Assembly: GCA_027923505.1 (NCBI GenBank)
Contig: BROI01000005.1
Location: 496,001-560,000, forward strand
From: Mayamaea pseudoterrestris
Taxonomy: Eukaryota
DNA length: 64,000 bases
Direction of reading: 5' to 3'
Below the pieces are notes generated by a model. That model had not been told where the DNA came from. It did not search any database and saw only the letters and a list, made by a program, of their open reading frames with translations. The translations under genes were made by a program, and so were the position numbers. Shown here piece by piece: positions 22,183 through 32,233 of the stretch; position 1 is the first letter of the stretch, and every line of letters starts with the position of its first letter.

Positions 22183-23910
22183 CTATAAAGCTACAGGACT
22201 ATGTGCAGACGAGTACGAAGGCAGGGCATAGGTATAATGCCCCCTACCATGCGTCTGATAGCTAAAGCTTTGTGCACTATCGGCGGATGGATTTTCGTCG
22301 ATAACTTCGTCTGAATTATTTACAGCATTGACTCCAAGCAACAATTTTTCAAGTCGTTCAAGAGTTTTTTGAGCGGCCGTCAACTTTGGGTTGATGCCCA
22401 ATGCCCTGTTGTAACAGTCCATTGCATTCCTGTACTGTTCACAGCGTGCGTATATCTCACCGAGGCGACAGAAGATGAGTGAATGGCCAAACAATCGGTC
22501 TTGTGACAACGTGTTCCCCTCCAGAGCAATATGGAGCAAATTGATGCATGCATCATACTCTCTTTGTTCTTCATGGATTCCAACCAAGGCAAACAATGGT
22601 CGCAAGAGGGAAGGATCAATGGATAGCGCCTTTTGAAAGGTACGCTTTGCTTTGTCAATTGCGGTTGCCCGCGCAACGTCTTGGCGATGCGATGCACCCT
22701 TGTACAAGGCCATACCGACAAGAGTAACAGCTCGAGGATCTCTCGGTGCGGCTGAGATTGCTTCCCTAGCGGATGCAATGGCCTCCCTATATTGTCCGGC
22801 CCCGATGTATGCATCCACAAGACCCTCATAGCAAGCCACATCAAGCTGAATCTCGTTAGAGCGAAAGAAGGAAACTGAAGCATGTGTTGGTCGTTTGTCC
22901 GCCATCAAAATTGCACCTTTGAGACGATGGGCATACGCATGCCTTTGATCCAACGAAATGGCCTTGTCGACAAAAGCCAGAGCCTTTTCGTGATCTTCGT
23001 GAACTTCATGATACAGAGCCAGTGTCGTCCAAGCCTCAGGACGAGTATCATCCATTATCAAAAGCGATTCGGCGAGCTCATTCAAAGCACTAATGTTTTG
23101 CTCCCGGGCAAGGAGCTGTCCATATTCGTCCATACAGTCCATTGTCTCTTCTAAAGCCCGTGCCTTAGCAAAAATGATTTCGGCGTTTAGCTCGTCGTAT
23201 AGTTGAAGATACACAAGGGCCAGCTTGAGAAGCAAATAGACGTTGTCGGGATATGCATCGTTAAGGTTTGACAAGTTTTGGAGCGCAATCGAGCTTTGAA
23301 GCTGACGCGACGCAGAAGTCGCCGTTATCAGTTCCGTAAAGTGGCTAAAGTCGTCTTCGGACAGGCCACGTTTATTTAGTCCTGCATTAAATGCTTGGAG
23401 GGTTTTGGTTCGGTCGATGCCCAGAATCGCTAAACGTTCCGCTGCTTCCATGGCGAATGGATTGTCGAGCAGTGCATCCAGAAAGCATGCTGCGGCAAGG
23501 TCTTTTCGTTGCGAATCCAAGTACAGATTTCCTAGCATCATATTGACGGCTAGCGTCCTGTTTGAGCTTGGAATTTCTTCCAGTACAGTTGAAGCTTCCA
23601 CCAACGACCCAAGCTCCTTGAGGCACTGAGCTTCCTTGAAGCGAAATCTCGGTTCATTGTAAGGATATGCTCTACGGTAGAAGCTCTTAGCCTGGTAGTA
23701 TCGTTTTCTTCCGAAGGCGCAGTCCCCGAGCAAACTCAGCGCCAAGTCAGGCTGCCTTTGCTCCGACTCGGCTACGGACAAATCCATGCGAGCGAGAATT
23801 TCGCAGCTGACGTACTGATGCTGACGTAAAAGTCGCAGGCTTTCTAGTTGTACTGGCGACGCCTGTTGGCGCCAATCCGCATAATATTCGTCGTCTGAGA
23901 CTATTGCCAT
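22183..23910 (-). CDS. ANAPC7: TPR protein, probable anaphase-promoting complex subunit 7
   Basis: Tandem TPR-like helices; RPEAWTTLALY, YEGLVDAY, AREA...PRAVTLVG pattern as recalled for APC7. Confidence 0.7.
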   Translation of the reverse strand: MAIVSDDEYYADWRQQASPVQLESLRLLRQHQYVSCEILARMDLSVAESEQRQPDLALSLLGDCAFGRKRYYQAKSFYRRAYPYNEPRFRFKEAQCLKELGSLVEASTVLEEIPSSNRTLAVNMMLGNLYLDSQRKDLAAACFLDALLDNPFAMEAAERLAILGIDRTKTLQAFNAGLNKRGLSEDDFSHFTELITATSASRQLQSSIALQNLSNLNDAYPDNVYLLLKLALVYLQLYDELNAEIIFAKARALEETMDCMDEYGQLLAREQNISALNELAESLLIMDDTRPEAWTTLALYHEVHEDHEKALAFVDKAISLDQRHAYAHRLKGAILMADKRPTHASVSFFRSNEIQLDVACYEGLVDAYIGAGQYREAIASAREAISAAPRDPRAVTLVGMALYKGASHRQDVARATAIDKAKRTFQKALSIDPSLLRPLFALVGIHEEQREYDACINLLHIALEGNTLSQDRLFGHSLIFCRLGEIYARCEQYRNAMDCYNRALGINPKLTAAQKTLERLEKLLLGVNAVNNSDEVIDENPSADSAQSFSYQTHGRGHYTYALPSYSSAHSPVAL

Positions 23911-24133
23911 TATGATCGGGTCTTGAAGTACAAGCAAAGTGTAGTGACAGTTTCTGGGGTGTGTTTCGAGATGACCGGATGATCGTGCATCGTGTGGCGA
24001 TGCAACGAATCTATGGTCGGCAATGTAATTCACGCTTGTCGCACCGGTAATGTCACGCCCCATAAAACGCCAAACGATCCTGATGGTTTCCTGCTAATCC
24101 ATCTCCTCGTCCTGGCTGCTGTTGACCATTACG

Positions 24134-25132
24134 ATGATCCATAAAACAATCATCTTATTGATCGTTCTTTCAGCAATTTATAAAACTCTTGCTCTGGTCG
24201 CATGCCCGCCTCCGCAACGTCTTCAAAACCTATTGAACTCGCCTGCAACTTTGGCTAGTAAAACTCCGATCATACTTCCATGTTGCTACGATGGCATTAC
24301 GGCCCGTCTCATTGCTCGTGCTAAATTCCAGGCAACGTTCATGACAGGCTTTGGTGTATCTGCAAGCTTGGGCTTTCCCGATACACAGCTAATATCATAC
24401 GCGGAGATGCAGCGCGCGGCCGGCACTGTGTCGGAGGGACTAATCAATGCGGCCCTTGAGCTTGGCGTTGACTCGATTCCATGCATTGCAGATGGTGACA
24501 CAGGCTATGGAAACGCTGTCAATGCGAAACGGACTCTTTTTGGCTATGCGCGTGCTGGGATGGCGGGTATCATGATAGAAGATCAAATGGCTCCCAAGCG
24601 TTGTGGTCACGTCAGAGGCAAGAGTGTCATAAGTTTCAAAGAAGCAGTCATGCGAGTCAAGGCGGCATGCAATGCTCGCGATGAGTATAGTGAGCAGTTC
24701 GGAATAGGCACGGGTCCTCTCGTCCTGGCGAGGACCGATGCCCTCGTCACTGACGGTTTTGATGCTGCCATTGAGCGATGCCTTGCTTTCCGCGAGGTCG
24801 GCGCAGACATGACATTTCTGGAAACGCCACAGTCAGTGGACCAAATGAATGAGTATTGTAGGCGTGTTGAGGGTCCAAAGCTAGCCAATATGTTAGAGTA
24901 TGGGTCGACACCCATTCTACCTCCGCGAGAGCTCAAGGCAATGGGTTACACCATGGTAGCTTATCCGCTTACATTATTATCCGCGTCGATCAACACAATG
25001 CAAAAAGCTCTTGGCAGGATTTACACTGGAGAATCTACTGACGATCTAATCTGCAGCTTTGAGAGAACAAAGGATGCCGTTGGTTTTACGAGGTATAGCG
25101 CGGAAGAGTCGAGATATTCTGTCGATGTGTAA
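24134..25132 (+). CDS. Isocitrate lyase/PEP mutase family enzyme (2,3-dimethylmalate lyase-like) with signal peptide
   Basis: ADGDTGYGN, IEDQMAPKRCGH, LARTDA, GADMTFLE; hydrophobic N-terminus. Confidence 0.88.
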   Translation: MIHKTIILLIVLSAIYKTLALVACPPPQRLQNLLNSPATLASKTPIILPCCYDGITARLIARAKFQATFMTGFGVSASLGFPDTQLISYAEMQRAAGTVSEGLINAALELGVDSIPCIADGDTGYGNAVNAKRTLFGYARAGMAGIMIEDQMAPKRCGHVRGKSVISFKEAVMRVKAACNARDEYSEQFGIGTGPLVLARTDALVTDGFDAAIERCLAFREVGADMTFLETPQSVDQMNEYCRRVEGPKLANMLEYGSTPILPPRELKAMGYTMVAYPLTLLSASINTMQKALGRIYTGESTDDLICSFERTKDAVGFTRYSAEESRYSVDV

Positions 25133-25417
25133 AATCATGCATTTAACATCAGTCCTAGCAGGATATTTTTCATAGCAGGTACTAGCACTACCGCTGTTCT
25201 CAAATAGGATGCGCCAAAAGGTATAGCTGCTTTATTTCGCCCCTGTCACAGACGGCGGGTAGAAGATTGATTCGTCAAGTCATGGTGCGACACTTCGAAT
25301 CAGATTTCTGCGATGGTGAGCGCGCGGGCGCGCAGTCGCACGAGCAGTTTCTCTTTCACGTTGCCTTCAGTTTTCATTTTCCTTGGAAGCCTCTAAGGTA
25401 GGCGACAGGACGCTGCC

Positions 25418-26821
25418 ATGATCACCTTATTCTCAATGTTTTTCGGTCGAAACAATGGCAGACGAGAGGAGACGATAGTAGCTTCTTTGACGGCTTACCA
25501 AGGCATGTTGGTTGACGAGGAGAACGGCCGCAAGCGCGCTCTCGTTGATGATGCATCGTCGCCGACGCCGGATGGCATCTCGGTGCCGAGGCTTGTAGCC
25601 ACATCAGGACAAGAGGACAATATTAAATCTGAACGTCCATTGAAAAGATCAAGAGGCGAGTTTCTTGCTCAGTCTGTAGTTCATTTCGAGGGAGAGGTGG
25701 CGCAGTTTGAAACTTACCAGGACTTTGAGCCAAGAGTACCGGCTTGTTCGCCCTTCCAGCTTCTACCCGAAGACATTGTAGCAAACTGCTTGTCGTTTCT
25801 TGGAGGCGTGGACGACCGTTTTGCTTTGCAGTGCACATCTAAGCAATTTCAACGTATTTCGAACACGGAGCCGCTTCTTTCAAAAATTGCAGTCGGAGGC
25901 GACAAGCAGACTGGTCGTCGTGGCATTATCAAGGAAGAGGATTCTGCGGAAACAGCGTCAAAACTCTTGACCCCATATGCCGATGCTGGTAATCTTGAAG
26001 CAATTTACATGTGCGTGTCATCATAAATGGGCTGAAAATTTGTATCCGCAATCTCACCAAATATTCATCTTTCACGTTTTTTGGCAGGCTGGGAATTATA
26101 TTGAGCTATTGTCGGCAGGACGTGAAGCAAGGGATTTGTTTATTAAAACAAGCAGCATCTGGAGGTTTCGTTCGCGCTTCGTATGCGCTTGGGCTTGCTC
26201 TTCGCGATACGGAGCCCGAGACTGCATCCAAGTATATGAAAGCTGCTGCCGACGCAGAGTATATTCCGGCCCTACAGGAGCTCCTTTCGCCTCGAAGGAT
26301 GAAAGAGTTGCATGGGGAACCTAAGGCTGACGAGCTGCGTCTGCATCTTGATCCTCTCTGCTTGAACCGGCTGTTGACCCGGCATTATACTGTAACGGCG
26401 CGTTTGCGAGATCTCAACACGAGTCACTGCTGGAATCCGCTTTGCGGTCGCTGGGCATTTAAAATAATTGTTCCAACTCATCGTGAACCCCATGACCATT
26501 TTGGGGTCGATCCATTGTTGCCGGCTCGTAGCGGTGGATATGTGTTTCCTTCACACTTTGCTTCTTACGATGGTCAGTCTGACCCCAATGTCAAGAAGGA
26601 AGCTGGCGACCTTCGTGTGTCACGTATGAAGTAAGTAGCCTGATTGAGAATGGACGTGTTGAGTGTCCTATCCGTTATTTTGCATGTGCTCAATTGCTGG
26701 CTACGGCTTATGTGTGCACAGAATGTGTAGTCGTTGCTGCCGCGCCAAGTACTGCAGCAAACTCTGCCAAGTATACGACTGGAGATCCAATCGTCACAAG
26801 GTGGAATGCCAGTTTTTGTAA
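25418..26821 (+). CDS. F-box-like + Sel1-like repeats + MYND zinc-finger protein, 3 exons
   Basis: LPEDIVANCLSFL (F-box); A..GNLEAIYMLG and AASGGFVRASYALG (Sel1); introns 26011-26087 and 26631-26721 give CWNPLC...KMCSRCCRAKYCSKLCQVYDWRSNRHKVECQFL*. Confidence 0.85.
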
Positions 26822-27016
26822 TCACTTTATGTTGGAACGCCTACGAGTATTGATACAAGCGATAGGCCTTTGGTCACGAGTAGAATGGCTGGTAAATTTT
26901 GAAAGACGATATGTCTTTGTTATAAGTTTGTAAGCTGATAACGATAACACGCGGTAGTTGTTTTCTGTAATTGTAACCGGCAGCACTCAAAAAAGTTAGC
27001 GCAACAGTCAAACAAC

Positions 27017-28474
27017 TCATTTGGGACCGAAGCGACGCTTGCGTTTCATCAATTTGTTCATTTGCTGTTTAAGCTCCGCTAACTCGTCTACAAGCCAAGC
27101 TTGTTGCCGCTTCAGCACGGCGATATCCTCGCCATTATGCTCTTCTACCACTTGGTTGGTTTCATTCAGTTTTTGCGCAAGTCGCTTATTAATTTCCGCC
27201 TTGTTCCGTTCAGTAATTAAACAATCGTACTTCATCGCGGCCATATTGGTGTCTTTCAATCGATTAACACTCATCTCCATCCCCTGATTCCACGACAATT
27301 TCTTCACTTGAACTTGGACCTTCCCGACCTCGCCAATCTGCTCTCCAACCACTTGGTTGGTTTCATCCAGATTGCCCGCAAGTCGCTTCATTTCCGCCTC
27401 ATGCCGTTCAATGATTAAGCGCTCGTACTTCATCGCGGCTTTGTTGGTTTCTGCCAATCGATTCATATTAATTTTCATCGACTGCTGCCACGACAATGTC
27501 TTCACTTCAACTTGGACCTCCCCGTTCGGGCCCCAACAAGGCGGCACATCTGTTACAACAGCGGAAGTCAAGTATGCCTTGCTGTTGCGAGACGCCAATT
27601 TTGTTGGTATGATAGCATTCATGGCAGAGCTAGTATCCAAGGCAGCCTTGAGTTTATAAATCTTCTTGCTGCGGTTCGCGATCATTATCGCGCGCTTGTC
27701 TGCAGCCCACTTAAGATACTCGCTGCTCGCAACAAGGTGGAGGCAAGCTCGGAGATCAGTCTTGTACTTTAACTCTAGCTTCTTCAACACGATCCAGCTC
27801 CAATTTTTGGGACTCAACGACTTGCCAAGATCAGCATGAGCGCAATAGGAGTCGAACATTTCATTCCAAACGACCATGGCTGTGTATTCGCACCAAGATA
27901 AGAGGTGGCGCCCGTCCTCGCACATAATGCCAAGAGAGGCGTGTCGGCTTTTCTCGAACCCGATCACAGGAATGCCCAAAGCCATGGCGTCGCGAATCTG
28001 CGTCACTTGCAGCCGGGTATCGCTAGACGGTACGGTTTTCTGTAGAAAGCGCAAGCTCGTTTGAAGGCCGTTTGTATGAAAGAATTCAATCGCAACTTCA
28101 TTGCGATAGGCCATCATTTGACCAAAGAACGAGCCTTCTTTAAGCTCGTTTTTGGTCTTGCTTTCGAACTCTTTGTCCAATGATTTAAGCGACGCTTGGT
28201 CCGTCTTGTACTCGGCGCAATCCGGCCGGTACCCCATGGTGTGTCCCAGAAATCGGACTTTCGGGGCCGAAGTCGGATCGCTGACGGAGCGTGATGGCTT
28301 CATGGCTGACATGGAAGGAGTCGCGGATGGCGGCGGAGGCCGCTTCGGCTTGTCAAGCTGTGGAACCATATCCAGGTCGATTGTCATCGCCTTCTTGAGC
28401 CGACGTTTCTGCTGGGTCACATGCGTTTTGCCCGATTCGTGGCGGCTCGATCGAAGACTACGCATCGACGACAT
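27017..28474 (-). CDS. Hypothetical coiled-coil protein with an internal two-copy repeat
   Basis: 485-aa ORF; VQVEVKTLSWQQSM...MKYERLIIER...ETNQVV recurs as VQVQVKKLSWNQGM...MKYDCLITER...ETNQVV. Confidence 0.7.
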   Translation of the reverse strand: MSSMRSLRSSRHESGKTHVTQQKRRLKKAMTIDLDMVPQLDKPKRPPPPSATPSMSAMKPSRSVSDPTSAPKVRFLGHTMGYRPDCAEYKTDQASLKSLDKEFESKTKNELKEGSFFGQMMAYRNEVAIEFFHTNGLQTSLRFLQKTVPSSDTRLQVTQIRDAMALGIPVIGFEKSRHASLGIMCEDGRHLLSWCEYTAMVVWNEMFDSYCAHADLGKSLSPKNWSWIVLKKLELKYKTDLRACLHLVASSEYLKWAADKRAIMIANRSKKIYKLKAALDTSSAMNAIIPTKLASRNSKAYLTSAVVTDVPPCWGPNGEVQVEVKTLSWQQSMKINMNRLAETNKAAMKYERLIIERHEAEMKRLAGNLDETNQVVGEQIGEVGKVQVQVKKLSWNQGMEMSVNRLKDTNMAAMKYDCLITERNKAEINKRLAQKLNETNQVVEEHNGEDIAVLKRQQAWLVDELAELKQQMNKLMKRKRRFGPK

Positions 28475-29159
28475 GAGCGAATCTGTTTGATTAAATTACG
28501 ATAAGCGTGTGAGTAGTTGAGCGATGATACGAGTCGGCAGTCTACAGGCAGTCGTGAGCAAGAAGGAAGAGGCCATCGTCAGATTTGGACGTACCAGAAC
28601 AGTTTTGCGGTGCGACATCAAGGTTTACAACAGCAGAAGACTTGATAACAACATTCGGACGCTTTGATTGTTTGGTGGAAACGGAATCTTGTTCAATGAA
28701 CCCAGTGCGTCGCATGCGGCGCACAACGACCGGTGTCTTTCCGTCGCCGTTCTCCACCATAGAAGACTTATAATGTCAGACTTTGAGAATCCAAGTAGTT
28801 TACCAATCAGATGCGACAGAAGAAGCTAGAGATGCGACAGTCGCTTGGATGGTCGTTGGATGCTTGTTCGTATGTTTGTGCTCTCTCGCTGCGACGACTT
28901 GGCCCGACAGTATAATGTACGGTATTGTAGTTGGCGAGCGACTGCGATGGGACTGGATTATCAAATAACATGTCGCATCGGTTACTTAAAGCCGGAAGGA
29001 CATCGACATGTTGCGGCGCGTCGGCTCCCTCGTCCACGCTGCCGCGCCTCATCGTCCGCGCTCGCACAATAATAATACTCCAGAAAGCGTTCGAGCTGAT
29101 TAATACACTTTGGAGCTTGGAGGACTCTTCGCAGTAGAAATAAGACGCAACAGGAAATC

Positions 29160-31855
29160 ATGGAGTTTTCCGCTGGCGGCGAAAGTCGCAAGACCAAAAG
29201 CACAAACCGGACGAATCGGCCCAAAATGCCTGGCACGACAGACTCTCCAAACGATTTTAATTATTCGGAGACGACCCGGAACAAGTCCGACGACTTTATG
29301 ACTGGGCCAAGTGTTGATGAGAGCGAGTCGACCGATCAGGGATCGCAAGGCAGAGTCGATAGCGACAATATTTTTTGTGAGAGTGGCGTTGTCATGGTCG
29401 CACGAAAACATCGTCACGCTGACCGAGAGACTCGGGGGCGGGTGGATCAGGGGCTCGGGAAGATAGATGACGGCGAGAGAGTGTCAAGCTTCTCAACCAC
29501 CATGCAAGCACCTGCCAAGAACTACGCTTCTACCAAGATGAACATTACTCATCAACATGTCGAGCCTCGCGCTGCCAAGAACTACGTTTCTACCAAGACG
29601 AACATTACTCATCAACGTATCAAGCCTCGCGCTACCGTCGCAGAGCAAGCTCCTCGTTCCAAGCCGAGCGACCGAGATTCGCTGTTGCAGTTGACTCCTT
29701 TGTGCAAAAGCACGCCCACGGAAATGTCCAATTTAATCGTCCTGGGTGTCGAGGAGGACGAAGACGTGCTCGAGGAGAGCGCGGCGATTAGTATGAAAGA
29801 CGAAGAGGCGATCAAGCAGGCATTGGACGTTGTCGAAGCACGGACATCCACCTTGGAGAAAACCACTAGTGATTTTGTAACTATGCAGCAATTTGACCGA
29901 GAACGCATGGATAGGGCCGAAAGACGCATGGACAAGGCCGACGCTGAGCGAGTTGAAGACAAGAAGATGATCGCTGATTTGGAAGAGCAGGTTCGCAACA
30001 TGCAGCAGCAGTTGACGGCGCTTTGTCACACTTTCGGCGATGGAATGAACAAGGCTGACCTCCAACTGTCTGAGGAGTGTGAGATGGATACGTTGCGACC
30101 AAAACTGAATTTGCAAATTCTGAAGCAAGCAGCAACTGATCGCGATTCGGCGAAGCTTGGGGAACAGCTACACGTGGCGAACGAGCGCCTTGACAGTCAG
30201 GTCCGCGAGCAACAATCCGCGTCTAAGACAACCTTCTTTGACGGAAAGCGCAAGACGAAGGTTAATGCCAAGCATAGTGAAAATGCAACGGACGTAGTAA
30301 ATGAAACTGTCTCGACATTGGTTGCCAACGCGGCTTATCAGGACGAAGCGGAGCCGGAAGTTGCCGAGAATTTTCTTGCTTTGCATAAGTTTCTGCGTCG
30401 CTTTCCATTAGATTGCATTAAATTGAAAGAGAAGTGCGGGATCTGTCAGCTTTTCTGTCTTTTTAAATGTCGGTTTCATGAGATTGTATATGATGAAGAT
30501 ATTGACGACGCAGTTACGACAACAGGTGACAATCACAGACACAGCTTGTCCCTTTTAGAGCTACAAGCGCTGCATGCCGTCGTCAGAGGAGCTGCGGTGA
30601 TCTGGATGAACAATCCAGAGACGCATTGGAATAGAATTGCTTGGTATGAGACGTTGAAGCGTGATCTTGCATTGAAGCGCTCAGAGCTAGACGAACATGT
30701 GAACAATTTGCAGACGCATGGCGAGTGCACTTGCGGTCTCGGCCCGGATTGCCCAATCCAGCAAGTCGCGCAGTATTGGGATGCTGATGATGACAAGAAC
30801 TTTGTAGCGGAAGTGACGGCGGCAGCCAATAAAAAGCTGACGCTTCCCGGCGATCGCAACCTCATGAACGGTGGCGTGGACGCAGCTGCAGGGGACTCGA
30901 ATTTAATTGCATTAACCAAGCTATGGCCGAGCCTCCCTCTAGGCCCAGGAAACTGGCGCTCTTATACAGGAAAGGAGCTTTCTTCCGCGGCGAGAGACAG
31001 ATACAGTCAGCCTATTTTTGTGCTTTTTTCCAAGCGACCCGAGTACTTGGCAAAGCTCCCAACGTACGAGTTGAAGGATTTATCCACAAGTGTGTCTGAG
31101 TTGACGATACTGGAGCTGCGAGCGCTGATTGCTTTTTTGGAAAGATACGCGTTTGTTTGGAAATTTGACAAGGATGCTAATAGCGACAGACTTGATTGGT
31201 ATGAGACGCTGAAGCACACGCTGGACGAAAAGCTCACGATAGATGCCAGCGAAACCCATGAACATTTGCAGATGGATATTGGTTCCAGCCGTGGTCGTGC
31301 CAGAGAATATCACCTGCATCCGTCTGCTGTTGGTGCTTTAGATTGTTTAAATGAATGCTTGTCAGCATCGGCGAAAGCTAGTGCGGCACCGACCAGTCGC
31401 TTGTGCGCGATGACCAACATGACGGCGGTAGAGACTGGTTTTTCCAACGACAGTGACACGACAGTTGCAGGCGAGCTCACATCAGCGGCATCGGAGGCAA
31501 AGATGATAGGCGCCAACATTTCTGTCTCGATATGTGCACCTGAGCCTGCCATTCGAAAATTGTTTCGGCCTACACCAATGCGTAATGACCATGACAATTT
31601 TGCATCTCCAACAACTACCGCTAGAGCACAAAGTGGTTCCACTGACAGTCTGCAAAAAGACGGTGATTATCGCAATCAAGCGCTGTCGAACTCGGTGAAT
31701 CTATCGAACAGCTCTGTAAAAGGTCTCTTCAGCATTTCTCGACGAGCGGGTAGCCATGAGACTGATCTAATTTTGCCAATCTCTCACGAGAAAGCAGAAT
31801 ATGCGCCATCCAATATGGACGCTAGCTTTGAGACTTTGACTCATTTTGTCGATGC
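29160..31855 (+). pseudogene. 5' part of an orphan gene interrupted by a copia insertion
   Basis: ORF runs into the 5' LTR; removing the element and one TSD rejoins ...HFVDA|PPSVIRGG in frame with 37008-38103. Confidence 0.85.
29512..29633 (+). repeat. In-frame 60-bp tandem duplication
   Basis: CTGCCAAGAACTACG...AGCCTCGCG occurs twice (AKNYASTKMNITHQHVEPRA / AKNYVSTKTNITHQRIKPRA). Confidence 0.9.
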
Positions 31856-32160
31856 TGTTGAGAGTAAATACGTTTTGCATGAGACTTGGCTATGTAACTG
31901 ATGGGAAAGTATATGTGCCCGAGAAGGGGCGAAGGGATTCGCTAAGTGGGTCCTAAGTAATTGAGTGAATGATACAGTCAGCTGTTCTGACTGTCTAAGT
32001 GGAGGTCCGTGGGCGACCGAGATATAGGCTATGAGCGAAGTAGGTTGGCGAGGGTGCGGATGCACCTCGACCAGGTTTGAAATAATAAAGATCACTCTTT
32101 TCTATGGCAACAACAGGTTGTAGAACATACTAGTAGCAATTTTCTGAAGACCTTCCAGCA
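31856..32160 (+). repeat. 5' LTR of copia element 1
   Basis: TGTTGAGAGT...TTCCAGCA, matches 36698-37002. Confidence 0.97.
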
Positions 32161-32233
32161 TTTCTCGAGAAAGATTCGTGGACTGGGTCTCGGAAAGAAG
32201 TAAGAGAAAGGTCAGGAACAAGGAGACTGCGCC

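Larger units (their letters stand above)
19884..28476. repeat. First copy of an 8.6-kb direct duplication (second copy 45654-54197)
   Basis: Shared sequence starts at AAGTGCTCTTAACACAA and ends at GACATGA; gene order is identical. Confidence 0.95.
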
